DNA from: a bacterium
GTDB taxonomy: Archaea > Thermoplasmatota > E2 > JACPAO01 > JAHFTW01
Direction: 5' to 3'
Assembly (NCBI GenBank): GCA_040390065.1
Contig: JAZJZE010000005.1
Location: 160,001 to 224,000 of the forward strand
Length of the DNA: 64,000 nucleotides
Shown here: in pieces, positions 17,581-27,072 of the stretch
How positions within the stretch are numbered: position 1 is the stretch's first letter
Layout of the letters: every line of letters starts with the position of its first letter
Notes under the pieces: generated by a model
The model's input: only the letters and a program-made list of their open reading frames with translations
Databases searched by the model: none
What the model was told of the DNA's origin: nothing
Program-made: the position numbers and the translations under genes

Positions 17581-19980
17581 CTACGAGGGCTGAAGCTTGT
17601 GCATCTCGCGCAACTCGCTGGCCATGCCCGTGAGGCCGTCCGGAATCGGGGCAGCGGTCTCCGGAATCGGGGCTCCAAGGCTGAGGCCCTTCTCCTGCTT
17701 GGCCTTCCACACGAGCGAGTTGAACGCGACGATCTGCGTCGTCGCCTCGGGGTCATGAGGATGGCCGCCCGGCTGGGGGAACAAGCCGCGGTGGACGTCG
17801 GCGCCGTGGATGCCGTGCGCGTAGTAGTGGCTGGCAAACGGCGTGATGGGAGCAAGCAGATGCAGGACCGCGCCGAGGACATGGTGTAGGGTCCAGCAAG
17901 CGGCCGGGTCGCCGGCGTACGCGCGGCCCTTGACCATCTCCACGTAGTGCGGCGCAAAGACGTTCCAGACGAAGGAGCGCACATTGTTGGCTGGCGTGAA
18001 GAAATCGAGGGTGTCGTAGCCTGCCCGGGCGGATGCGATGACCGCGTCGAGTTCGCCCAAGATCCAGGCGTCCGCCGGGCGCAGGTGCGCGGGCCTCGCT
18101 GCCTGCGGGAACTTGCCGACGAAGGACGCTACGTTGGCGAGTTTCTGCATGAACTTGCCCGCACCCGCGATCTTCTCCTCGTTGATGCGGAAGTCGTCGC
18201 CCACGAGGGATTCGCCTGCGATCCACAGGCGGAAGGCGTCGCTGCCGACTTTCTGGATGATGAGGTCCGGGTCGATGACGTTGCCCAGCGACTTCGACAT
18301 CTTGCGGCCCTGTTTGTCCATCCCGAGGCCGGTGATCCAGGCATGGTCGAAGGCGGCCTCGCCGCGCAGCAGCCACGTCTTCAGGACCGTGTAGTAGAGC
18401 CAAGTGCGCACGATATCGCGGCCCTGCGGACGGACCGAGCAGACGTGGTCTTTGCCCCACGACGTGCCACGGAAGCCCTTGAGGATGTACAGGTTCGAGA
18501 CGGAGGAGTCCATCCAGGTGTCGAACACCTTGGTCTCGCCGTGGATGTGGGACTTGTGCTCGCGGATGAACGTCTCGAGAGGTCCGAGGTCCTTGCGGGT
18601 GGCGCGGTGCAGCACGCGGCATCCGGCCGGCGGCTCGTGTCGCCACGGCTGGTGATAGGCGCCTTTCGGGGGGACGACCACGAAATCGGTCTCCTCGTCC
18701 TGCGGGCCGCGTAGGAACCACAACGGAATCTCAGTGTGGTACCAGCGGCGGCGTGAGATGGGCCAGTCGATGGTGACGGTGTCGATCCAGTCGAGCAGGA
18801 GCTGGCGGTGCTTGGCCGGGTGGAACTCAATCCTGTCGGAGACCGCGCGCAACTCGTCGCCGACGTGCGTCTGCTTGACGTACCACTCCTTGAGGAGGAT
18901 GATCTCGACGGCGGCGTTGCTGCGTTCCGAGATGGGGAACTTCTGGTCGACGACCTGGTGGCCTTCCATGAGTCCGGCAGCCTCGAGGTGCTCGATGGCT
19001 TTCTTGCGGGCCTCCTCGACCTTGAGGCCGGCGAACGGGCCGGCGACGTCGGTGAGCTTGCCGTCAAGGCCGATGGCGGCAATCGGTTCCAGTTTCAGTT
19101 CGCGAAACAGGTTGACGTCGGCTTGGTCGCCGTAGCTGCACACCATCATGATGCCGGAGCCGAAGTCCACTTTCACGTACGGGTGGGCCAGAATCTTGAC
19201 CTCCCGGCCATAGACGGGCAGGATTGCGGTCTTTCCGATGAGATGCTTCGTCGCCTCGTTGTCGGGATGGACGAGCACCGCGCGGCAGGCGCAGATGAGT
19301 TCCGGCCTGGTCGTGGAGATGAGAACCGTCTCGCCCGTCTCCATGACCTGCCACTTGACGTGGTTGAGCCGCGTCTTGCGCTCCTCGTAGAAGATTTCGG
19401 CATCGGCGATGGCGGTCCCGAGCTTTGGGTCATACGCGTTCGGGCGCAGGTCCTCGACGATGAGGCCTTTCTCGAAGAGTTCCAGGAAGCAAGCTTGCGA
19501 GAAGGCGCGGTATTCCGGGGAGTCCGTGGCGTAGCTCAGGGGACCCGTGTACGCGGCGCTCAGGCCGACGCGTTGGGCGATGCGCACCATGTCGTCCGAG
19601 TAGACGGCGATCTCCTTGGCGCACGCCTCGTTGAACGCGGCGCGCCCGCCGGGCCAGTCCTGCATGCGCTTGCCAACCTTCTTCTCGAGGGCCAGTTCGA
19701 TGTTGATGCCGTTGCGGTCGACGCCCCACGGGAACAGCACGTCGTACCCGAGCATGCGTCGGCTGCGGGCGATGACGTCGATGAGCGAGTAGCCGGCGAC
19801 CGCACCGATGTGCCATTTTCCTGAGGGATATGGGGGCGGCGTGTCGATGGACCAGACCGGCTTGTTGCCGTCGCCCTTGAACTCGATGGGATGCGCAGCG
19901 AGGTCGGCGGCGATGCGGGCCTCGAGTTCCACGGTCCACTTCTCAAGGGCCGGGCTGGAGGGGGCCGTCTCGTCGGACAT
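17581..19980 (-). CDS. valS: Valine--tRNA ligase
   Basis: SIDTPPPYPSG, HIGA (HIGH variant), TTRPEL, DWPISRRR, DTWMDSS, RPQGRDIVRTW, KMSKS. Confidence 0.95.
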   Translation of the reverse strand: MSDETAPSSPALEKWTVELEARIAADLAAHPIEFKGDGNKPVWSIDTPPPYPSGKWHIGAVAGYSLIDVIARSRRMLGYDVLFPWGVDRNGINIELALEKKVGKRMQDWPGGRAAFNEACAKEIAVYSDDMVRIAQRVGLSAAYTGPLSYATDSPEYRAFSQACFLELFEKGLIVEDLRPNAYDPKLGTAIADAEIFYEERKTRLNHVKWQVMETGETVLISTTRPELICACRAVLVHPDNEATKHLIGKTAILPVYGREVKILAHPYVKVDFGSGIMMVCSYGDQADVNLFRELKLEPIAAIGLDGKLTDVAGPFAGLKVEEARKKAIEHLEAAGLMEGHQVVDQKFPISERSNAAVEIILLKEWYVKQTHVGDELRAVSDRIEFHPAKHRQLLLDWIDTVTIDWPISRRRWYHTEIPLWFLRGPQDEETDFVVVPPKGAYHQPWRHEPPAGCRVLHRATRKDLGPLETFIREHKSHIHGETKVFDTWMDSSVSNLYILKGFRGTSWGKDHVCSVRPQGRDIVRTWLYYTVLKTWLLRGEAAFDHAWITGLGMDKQGRKMSKSLGNVIDPDLIIQKVGSDAFRLWIAGESLVGDDFRINEEKIAGAGKFMQKLANVASFVGKFPQAARPAHLRPADAWILGELDAVIASARAGYDTLDFFTPANNVRSFVWNVFAPHYVEMVKGRAYAGDPAACWTLHHVLGAVLHLLAPITPFASHYYAHGIHGADVHRGLFPQPGGHPHDPEATTQIVAFNSLVWKAKQEKGLSLGAPIPETAAPIPDGLTGMASELREMHKLQPS

Positions 19981-20040
19981 GTCGGTGTCGCGACGAAGAT
20001 ATGGTTTTTAAGGGCCGGGTCTCCGTGGGTCGTGAAGCCC

Positions 20041-20910
20041 ATGCGCGTCGCCATGCTTGCCATCCTCATCCTGTCCCTCGCTCTCGCCGGCTGCGGCGGA
20101 TCCTCCGACGACTCGTCGACGACCACCGGCGGCTGCTCCGACACCGCGAGCGACGGCTCGCCCTCGTGCACCACGACGAACGGCAACACGACGCCGCCGA
20201 CGCCGAACGTGCCTCCCGTGCTCGTCTACACCATCAAGGTCGCGGGCGTTGCGGGCAACGTCTCGAACCCCGGCACGAACGTGACGATCGAGGCCACCGG
20301 CTCCGTCGACAACGATGGCGACGGGCTCGACGTCATCGCGGTGGCGGCGAAGGACTCCAACCGCACCTACCCGTCGCAACTGCTCTACTTCAACGGCGAT
20401 TTCGCCGTCGCGAAGTTCAAGTTCGACCTGCCGGGCGTCGTGAACGTCACGATCGCGGCGGCGGACAAGCGCGGCGACACGACCGTCAAGACCGCGAAGA
20501 TCTTCGTGGACGAGAAGACCACGGTGTCCAACAGCGCGGCCATGACGCTCGCCGTACCGACGGCCCAGACGACGGTCACACCGACGTCCTGCAAGGCCCC
20601 CAGCGGCCAATCTTCGGACACCCCGATTGACAGTGCCTCCGCGTTCAAGGGGACCTTCCGTGTTCTCGCAGGCACCCAGTATGTCGTTGCCAAGGTCGCC
20701 GCGGGCATGGCCAACATCGCCCTCTGCGATTCGACCGGCACGAAGATCTCCACTGCGTCCACCGACACCGTGACGAGCACGAAGGGAACGGTCTTCATCG
20801 TCCCCGCAGGAACGGCGAGCTACTACGTGGAAGCGTACAGCACGGCCCCCAACCAGGCGGTCGGCGTCATCAAGATCGACGTGACCGTGCACTACGAAGC
20901 CCAGCCGTAG
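20041..20910 (+). CDS. Lipoprotein with PKD/Ig-like domain
   Basis: Lipobox LAGC after hydrophobic stretch, Ser/Thr linker, NVPPV..ATGSVDNDGD. Confidence 0.8.
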   Translation: MRVAMLAILILSLALAGCGGSSDDSSTTTGGCSDTASDGSPSCTTTNGNTTPPTPNVPPVLVYTIKVAGVAGNVSNPGTNVTIEATGSVDNDGDGLDVIAVAAKDSNRTYPSQLLYFNGDFAVAKFKFDLPGVVNVTIAAADKRGDTTVKTAKIFVDEKTTVSNSAAMTLAVPTAQTTVTPTSCKAPSGQSSDTPIDSASAFKGTFRVLAGTQYVVAKVAAGMANIALCDSTGTKISTASTDTVTSTKGTVFIVPAGTASYYVEAYSTAPNQAVGVIKIDVTVHYEAQP

Positions 20911-20948
20911 CCGGGAAACGCGGGAAACCCCGGAAAACGGGAAAACCC
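20911..20948 (+). repeat. Four short CGG(G)AAA(A)C tandem units
   Basis: ccgggaaacgcgggaaaccccggaaaacgggaaaaccc, immediately after the lipoprotein stop and upstream of korA. Confidence 0.55.
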
Positions 20949-21081
20949 ATGGCAGAGCGCCCGCGACGTCCGCCCAGCGCCAGGAACGCATCGCCTCAGC
21001 CGTCCAGGGCAACTTTCTCCTGTCGCCTCCTGCCAACCTTTTCATAGCGGTGGTCATGGCCGGATTCACTTAGGTGACCCT

Positions 21082-22953
21082 ATGGGACGCGTCTCTGCAA
21101 TGATTGGCGGCGAGGCCGGCTTCGGCATCATGTCTTCGGGCGAGCTTCTGGCCAAGTGCCTGACGCACGGCGGCCTCTGGGTCTACACCAACATCGAGTA
21201 CCCGTCCTTGATCCGCGGCGGCCACAACGCAATCCACGTCACGGCCTCCGACGAGCCCATCGTCTCCTACTACCCCGAGCTGCAGGTGCTGATTGCGCTC
21301 AACAAGGAGACCATCGACATGCACATCAAGGACGTCGTGAAGGGCGGCGTCATCGTCTTCGACGCCGAGGACCCAGCCTTCGCTGGCGCTGGCGCAGAAG
21401 TCGCCTCGACCTACGCCGACCACGTCAAGCGGGGCGTCTTCTTCCTCAACGTGCCCCTGAAGAAGCTGTCCGAAGCTGCGGGCGGCGTCATCACGAAGAA
21501 CACGGTGGCCGTCGGCGCGATGCTGGCCTTCATCGGCTACCCGTTCCACTTCATCGCCGAGGGCCTGGAGGACATCTTCGGCAAGAAGGGCGGCGACATC
21601 ATCACGATGAACGTGACGGCCGCCAAGTCCGGGTACGAGACGGTGACGGCGAACTTCGCCGACAAGATCGTGAAGCTCGTCAACGTCCACAAGGAAGCGC
21701 CCAAGCGCATGCTCATCACGGGCAACCAGAGCACGGCCATCGGCTTCATCCAGGGCGGCCTCAAGTGGTATTCGGCGTACCCGATGACGCCGGCCACGGC
21801 CATCCTGCAGACACTCATCCAGTACGGCGAGCCCTACGGGGTCATCGCCAAGCAGACCGAAGACGAACTCGCCGCCGGCCTCATGGCCATCGGCGCGAAC
21901 TACCAGGGCCTGCGGGCGGCCTGCGGCACCTCCGGCGGCGGTTTCTCGCTCATGGTGGAAGGCCTCGGCCTCGCCGCCATCGCGGAAGTCCCCATGGTCT
22001 ACGTCGACGTGCAGCGCGCCGGCCCCGCGACGGGGCTTCCGACGTGGAGCGGCCAGGGCGACCTGCGCTTCGTCCTGCACGCGAGCCAAGACGAGTTCCC
22101 GCGCTTCGTCATCGCGCCCGGCGACACCGAGGAGTGCTTCCGCGCCGCCTTCGATGCGCTCAACCTCGCAGAGATGTTCCAGGTCCCCGTCATCGTCATG
22201 ACGGACAAGAACCTCGCCGAGCACCACCAGACGTGGGAGCCGTACAACACGAAGGGCCTCGTCATCAACCGCGGCAAGCTCCTCAAGCACGGCGAAGCCC
22301 AGGTCGACCCGACGTACCGCAAGTTCGCGCGCCTCGAGTTCACGGCCGACGGCGTCTCGCCCCGCGTCGTTCCCGGCCAGCCCGGCGGCGTCCACACGAT
22401 GGCGTCCGACGAGCAGGACCGCTTCGGCGACATCACGGAGGACCCGACCAACCGGACGAAGCGCCACCTCAAGCGCTTCGCCAAGATGGAAGGGATGGCC
22501 GCCGTGTGCCCGCCGCCCAAGTTCTACACGTGGGCCAACGGCAACGTCGTCGAGGACAAGCACCCCGAAAGCGCGGACATCACGATGATCTGCTGGGGCG
22601 GCACGAAAGGCCCGGCCATCGAGTCCCTCAAACTCCTGCACGCCGCCGGCATCAAGGCCAACGTCCTGCACGTCATCTACATCTGGCCGTTCCCCAAGGT
22701 CGCGCTGGAGGAGATGCTGGAGAAGTGCAAGCACACCATCATGGTGGAGGCCAACTACCTCGGGCAACTCGAGGGCCTCATGCGCGAACACCTGCTGCGC
22801 GGCTGCGACGCGCGCATCCACAAGATCGACGGCCGGCCGTTCAACCCGATCCAGTTGTACCGCGATGTCGTCAAGATCGCGAAGCAGAACTTCACCGAGG
22901 TCACGTCCATCGCGACGGACTCGTACGCCACCCTCGAGGAGATGAAGGCATGA
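21082..22953 (+). CDS. korA: 2-oxoacid:ferredoxin oxidoreductase subunit alpha (fused gamma)
   Basis: GGEAGFGI, YPSLIRGGHN, AYPMTPAT, QTEDE, TSGGGFSLMVE, QRAGPATGLPT. Substrate not determinable. Confidence 0.93.
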   Translation: MGRVSAMIGGEAGFGIMSSGELLAKCLTHGGLWVYTNIEYPSLIRGGHNAIHVTASDEPIVSYYPELQVLIALNKETIDMHIKDVVKGGVIVFDAEDPAFAGAGAEVASTYADHVKRGVFFLNVPLKKLSEAAGGVITKNTVAVGAMLAFIGYPFHFIAEGLEDIFGKKGGDIITMNVTAAKSGYETVTANFADKIVKLVNVHKEAPKRMLITGNQSTAIGFIQGGLKWYSAYPMTPATAILQTLIQYGEPYGVIAKQTEDELAAGLMAIGANYQGLRAACGTSGGGFSLMVEGLGLAAIAEVPMVYVDVQRAGPATGLPTWSGQGDLRFVLHASQDEFPRFVIAPGDTEECFRAAFDALNLAEMFQVPVIVMTDKNLAEHHQTWEPYNTKGLVINRGKLLKHGEAQVDPTYRKFARLEFTADGVSPRVVPGQPGGVHTMASDEQDRFGDITEDPTNRTKRHLKRFAKMEGMAAVCPPPKFYTWANGNVVEDKHPESADITMICWGGTKGPAIESLKLLHAAGIKANVLHVIYIWPFPKVALEEMLEKCKHTIMVEANYLGQLEGLMREHLLRGCDARIHKIDGRPFNPIQLYRDVVKIAKQNFTEVTSIATDSYATLEEMKA

Positions 22954-23855
22954 ACCCCGACCCCGCCCCGGCCGGCGCGCCGCAGACCCTCAAGCTCACG
23001 ACGAAGGACTTCACGACGGAGAACAAGCCAGACTGGTGCCCAGGCTGCGGCGACTTCGGCATCCTGAACGCGCTGAAGAAGGTCCTCGTCGACCTACAGA
23101 AGCAGCCGCACGAGGTCACGGTCGTGGCCGGCATCGGCTGCTCGAGCAAGCTGCCGCACTGGCTCAACACCTACGGCTTCCACACGCTGCACGGACGCGC
23201 GCTGCCCATCGCCACGGCCGTCCGCCTGGCCAACACGAAGAACGACGTCATCGTCATCAGCGGCGACGGCGACGGCTACGGCATCGGTGTCGGGCACCTG
23301 GTCCACGCGGCCCGGCGCAACGTCAACATCACCATGCTGGCGCACAACAACCAGATCTACGGCCTCACCACCGGGCAAGCCTCGCCTACGACGGACCTCG
23401 GCCACAAGACGAAGACGACGCCGAAGGGGAACTTCGAGGCGCCCGTCAACCCGCTGGGCCTCGCGATTGCATGCGGCGCCGGATTCGTCGCGCGCAGCAG
23501 CGCCGGCGACCCGAAGCACCTTGCCGAGACCATCAAGGCCGGCATGGAGTACAAGGGGTTCGCGCTCATCGACATCCTGCAACCGTGTGTCACGTTCAAC
23601 AAGGTGAACACGTACGCCTGGTACAAGGAGCAGAGCCGCAAACTGCCCGCCGACTACGACGTCACGAACAAGGCGAAGGCCTTCGAGACGAGCCTCAACT
23701 GGGGCCACAACGACATCGAACTCGGCACCCTCTACCGCAACGACAAGCTGCCCACGTTGGAGGACTTCTACCCGCAAGCGACCGGCGCGACGCCGTTGTA
23801 CATGCAGGACATCAGGAATATTGACACAACGCCGACCTTGAACAAATTCGTTTAG
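22950..23855 (+). CDS. korB: 2-oxoacid:ferredoxin oxidoreductase subunit beta
   Basis: ATGA overlap with alpha; WCPGCGDF, GIGCSS, HGRALP, GDGD, NNQIYGLTTGQASPT, QPCVTFN. Confidence 0.93.
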   Translation: MNPDPAPAGAPQTLKLTTKDFTTENKPDWCPGCGDFGILNALKKVLVDLQKQPHEVTVVAGIGCSSKLPHWLNTYGFHTLHGRALPIATAVRLANTKNDVIVISGDGDGYGIGVGHLVHAARRNVNITMLAHNNQIYGLTTGQASPTTDLGHKTKTTPKGNFEAPVNPLGLAIACGAGFVARSSAGDPKHLAETIKAGMEYKGFALIDILQPCVTFNKVNTYAWYKEQSRKLPADYDVTNKAKAFETSLNWGHNDIELGTLYRNDKLPTLEDFYPQATGATPLYMQDIRNIDTTPTLNKFV

Positions 23856-23862
23856 GTGTAGC

Positions 23863-24087
23863 ATGGGCTGGGACGAGATCGGGGCTATTGCTACGGTCGT
23901 TGGCGTTGTGCTCGCAACGCTCGGCGCAATCGGGACGGTTTTCGCCTTCACCTGGCGCCGGATTGACAAGGTTGAGGAGCGCCTCCGAAATATCGAAGAT
24001 GACAAGAACTATCTCACAGGCGTAGAACATAGTCGCGCCCAAGCCTTGGAGAAAACCAAAGAGATTGCGAGAAGGAAGGGACGATGA
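23863..24087 (+). CDS. Small single-TM hypothetical protein
   Basis: N-terminal TM then charged coiled segment; lower GC than neighbours; ATGA overlap with next ORF. Confidence 0.6.
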   Translation: MGWDEIGAIATVVGVVLATLGAIGTVFAFTWRRIDKVEERLRNIEDDKNYLTGVEHSRAQALEKTKEIARRKGR

Positions 24088-24287
24088 GTCTAACGCCATG
24101 GGAAAGAGAGCGGCTTGCAGAATTGGTCGGCCGTCAGAATATGTGGGGACTCAGCCCTGGCGAGGAGCAGGAACTTCGCGCCCTCATGGCCAAGGAGTTT
24201 CCAAACGAGGCGCAAACCCTCGCCATCGGTGCCCTGGCTGCGATCGCGCTTGGATTCCTGGCTTACTGGCTTCTGCGGGAAAAGTGA
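24084..24287 (+). CDS. Small C-terminally anchored hypothetical protein
   Basis: LTPWERERL and LSPGEEQEL internal repeat, C-terminal TM. Confidence 0.6.
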   Translation: MSLTPWERERLAELVGRQNMWGLSPGEEQELRALMAKEFPNEAQTLAIGALAAIALGFLAYWLLREK

Positions 24288-24367
24288 CCCGGGAAGGTCG
24301 CCCCCGTTGCAAGTGTTGGCGAGGCAAGCATCGACAAGACCACGGCGGGCGTGGCGTCGGTCGGCCT

Positions 24368-24569
24368 GGGCGGCCGCTCGTGAGCGAAGCGAGCAGGCGC
24401 TCCGCGGCGCGCTGCGGGAGGCGCGCCGGAGCGCGGGAACACGCGCGGCGACGAGCCGCGCGGTGTGAGCGGCCGCCCTTTCCTTCCGGGGGTGCGGGGG
24501 GCGAAGCTCCCCGCGAGGGGCGCGCTATCGACCGGCGAAAGGGGTGAGCGAAGCGAACCCGTTTCGCCG
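24368..24569. repeat. Palindrome-rich REP/MITE-like intergenic element
   Basis: 12-bp perfect IR 24368-24379/24467-24478 encloses inner hairpins; further hairpins 24494-24514 and 24533-24569; GAGCGAAGCGA occurs twice. Confidence 0.7.
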
Positions 24570-24615
24570 TCCGATTTCACCAACCTCTAAGTAGGTATAA
24601 TCACCATCATTAGCC

Positions 24616-24885
24616 ATGCGCAAGATCGTGCTCCAGGCCAAGGCGCTGAAGTGGGGGAACTCGTACGGCTTCCGTATCACGAAGGCGGACTTCGAGCGGG
24701 CCGGGCTGCACATCGGCCAGGAGGTCCAAGTGGACGTTGTCGGCCGCCCCGGCAAGTTCGACCTCAGCCAGGTCCCGTCCTTCCGCCTGGGCTCACTGAC
24801 CCGTGAAGACCGGGACGCGGCCGCGGAGGCGCGCTGGGCTGAGAAACAGGCCCGATCCCGCGGTCCAGGCCGGGAGAAGGAATGA
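24616..24885 (+). CDS. AbrB/MazE-type antitoxin
   Basis: KWGNSYGFRITK..ERAGLHIGQEV AbrB signature; ATGA overlap with PIN gene. Confidence 0.85.
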   Translation: MRKIVLQAKALKWGNSYGFRITKADFERAGLHIGQEVQVDVVGRPGKFDLSQVPSFRLGSLTREDRDAAAEARWAEKQARSRGPGREKE

Positions 24886-25253
24886 AGGCCGTCGACACGA
24901 GCTGGCTCTTCGCGTTCTTGTCAAGCACAGACGAATTCCACACCCAAGCGCGGCGGCAAGCGGCGGAGCCGGACACCATCCTGGTCAACTCAATCGTCCT
25001 TGTGGAGACCTTGGACCTGGTGCGCGGCCGCAGCGACCGCGCCACGTCGCTGCACGCTCTCAAGACCGTGGCCAGCCTCCAGAATGTCCGCCTCACGAAT
25101 TCGCCGACGGCCGCGAACATGGCGCGCCTCATGGAGAGACACGGCGGCATCTCGTGGCACGACGCTGCTGCGATCTGCACGGCCCTCGACGAAGGCGCGG
25201 GGCTGCGTACGTTTGACCAAGCCCAAGCAAGGGCGTTCAAGGCCATGCTCTAA
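24882..25253 (+). CDS. vapC: PIN-domain toxin (VapC family)
   Basis: AVDTSWLFA, VLVET, ISWHDAA, LRTFD acidic PIN tetrad. Confidence 0.88.
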   Translation: MKAVDTSWLFAFLSSTDEFHTQARRQAAEPDTILVNSIVLVETLDLVRGRSDRATSLHALKTVASLQNVRLTNSPTAANMARLMERHGGISWHDAAAICTALDEGAGLRTFDQAQARAFKAML

Positions 25254-25305
25254 CGTCGCCGGGCTCAAGCGAAAGGCTCCAAACGCCCCTTCGGGTTCCC
25301 GCCGC

Positions 25306-25725
25306 ATGGCCATACCCCCGCTCCCCTGGGGCCCACTGCGCTTCCTCTACGTCGGCACCAAGGACACGTCGGCTGGCGTCAAGTTCTGGACCGAGAAAGG
25401 TGCGCGCAAGGTCTGGCACTTCAAGGCGTTCGGCGCCGAGGTCGCGGCCCTCGAGATTGGGCCCGGCCCGCTCTTGCTTCTGGCGGACCATCGGCCGGCC
25501 GGGCACGTCCTGCCCATCTACGAGGTTCCGGACATGGAGAAAGCCCGAAAGTCGCTCGTGGCGGCGGGCTGGAAACCGGAAGGCCCGACGTTCGAGGTGC
25601 CGCATGGGCCGGTGCTGATGCTCAAGGATCCCTCGGGCATCGAGGTGGCAATCCTGGAGGACCGTCGGCCTGGCGCGATGGAGTCGTCGTACTCCGCCGA
25701 GAACCCGAACGCGCAACTCGACTAG
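25306..25725 (+). CDS. VOC/glyoxalase family protein
   Basis: IYEVPDMEKARKSL..AGW, FEVPHG...KDPSGIEVAIL. Confidence 0.8.
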   Translation: MAIPPLPWGPLRFLYVGTKDTSAGVKFWTEKGARKVWHFKAFGAEVAALEIGPGPLLLLADHRPAGHVLPIYEVPDMEKARKSLVAAGWKPEGPTFEVPHGPVLMLKDPSGIEVAILEDRRPGAMESSYSAENPNAQLD

Positions 25726-26138
25726 CGGCGCGTGACCTTCGTCAACTTCGGCTTCTTCGTGGGCGGCGCGATGCGCGGGGCGGCGATACCGAGTTCGCCC
25801 TCGCCGACCGGCTCGGAGCCCGTGAACAGGCGGTTCCATTCAGGGCGTTCCTGGTTGAGCTGTGCGAAGACTGGCTTTTCGTTCCGCAGGAGGTCGATGT
25901 ACCACGGGTAGTACTCGGCGGGCACGAAGCTTGCCGCCCAGTCCTCGCGGGGGTCGTAGAAGTTCTCGACGGACTGCGAGTCCGGGTGGAGGAAGTAGAC
26001 CGTGTAGCGCTCGCCCTTGGCGCCTTGGCAGATGATGTAGCCGTGAAAATGCGCGACGTCGCCGACGCCGCTGTGCATGTTCATCTTGCGGCCCAGGAAC
26101 ACCTGGTAGCTCTTCACTTCGAACGCCTTGGTTGCCAT
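25722..26138 (-). CDS. Hypothetical protein
   Basis: Start MATKAFEVKSY; globular composition, YIDLLRNEKPV...TGSEPVGEGE. Confidence 0.75.
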   Translation of the reverse strand: MATKAFEVKSYQVFLGRKMNMHSGVGDVAHFHGYIICQGAKGERYTVYFLHPDSQSVENFYDPREDWAASFVPAEYYPWYIDLLRNEKPVFAQLNQERPEWNRLFTGSEPVGEGELGIAAPRIAPPTKKPKLTKVTRR

Positions 26139-26212
26139 GGACCTACCTCGGACTCGCGATGGCCCCATTCCGGCTTTAAGGTTCACCTTTGCAGGGCAAT
26201 CCCCGAGCTGGG

Positions 26213-26977
26213 TCAGGCCGCAACGAATTCGCGTTCGCGGCCAGCCATGAGGATGAGGACGAGTGCCGTGGCGGCCAGAAGGGGGCCGATGATGACCAGG
26301 CCCATCGACAGGGCGGCCACCCCCGCGGCGACGAAGCCGGTCCACGGCTTGCGCAAGTGGTAGATCTGCCAGGAAGCGTAGGCGCACCAGCCGCCTGCTG
26401 CCAAGTCGAAGAGGCCCTCGACGACGGCGGCGCCCTGCCCGAGGATGGCGCTGTACGCGCCGGCGAGGATCAGCGAACCCTGGAGGACGGCAAGGACTCC
26501 GGCTACGAGGAGGAACAGACTCGCGGCCAGCGCCTTGTCCGGCCACTCGTGCTTCTGGAACCCTTTGCGGGTTCCTGTCATGTCTTCGCCTTCGCGGTGC
26601 GCTTGGACGAGGAATCCGACAGCAATCAGGGACAGGATGGGCACGAGCCCGACGAAACCGAGCGAGCCGATACCGGTCAGGCAGCCAACGTAGGCGAAAC
26701 GCTTCTGCCGCGCCCGCAGGCTCACGACGCCGAGCACGAGGGTCGCAAGGGAGAGGACCAACTGCAGGAGCTGCGTCTGCGTCGTGAGGAATGCTGGCAG
26801 TTCATGAACGGTGCAGGGCGGTGCCGTGCCGCCCGCGGGCGCCGGAGGGCAGGACGGAAAACTGACGACGCCCTCGATGCCGGCAAACAAGGTGCCCATC
26901 GTCCCGGCGAGGATGAGCATGATGGAGGCGAACATCGCCTTGTCCGGCCAATGGGGATGGTGTCCTTCGGCTGCCAT
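26213..26977 (-). CDS. Membrane protein with internal duplication
   Basis: Two repeats each beginning H.WPDKA and ending ..REGE/REF; about 8 hydrophobic segments. Confidence 0.75.
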   Translation of the reverse strand: MAAEGHHPHWPDKAMFASIMLILAGTMGTLFAGIEGVVSFPSCPPAPAGGTAPPCTVHELPAFLTTQTQLLQLVLSLATLVLGVVSLRARQKRFAYVGCLTGIGSLGFVGLVPILSLIAVGFLVQAHREGEDMTGTRKGFQKHEWPDKALAASLFLLVAGVLAVLQGSLILAGAYSAILGQGAAVVEGLFDLAAGGWCAYASWQIYHLRKPWTGFVAAGVAALSMGLVIIGPLLAATALVLILMAGREREFVAA

Positions 26978-27072
26978 GGCACGCCAAGCCGGCTCCAAGG
27001 ACTTAGACGTTGCCTCTGGCGTCCCGCCCCAAGGCCCAAAACGATTCACGGACTCGATGGAATTCGGCCGAC

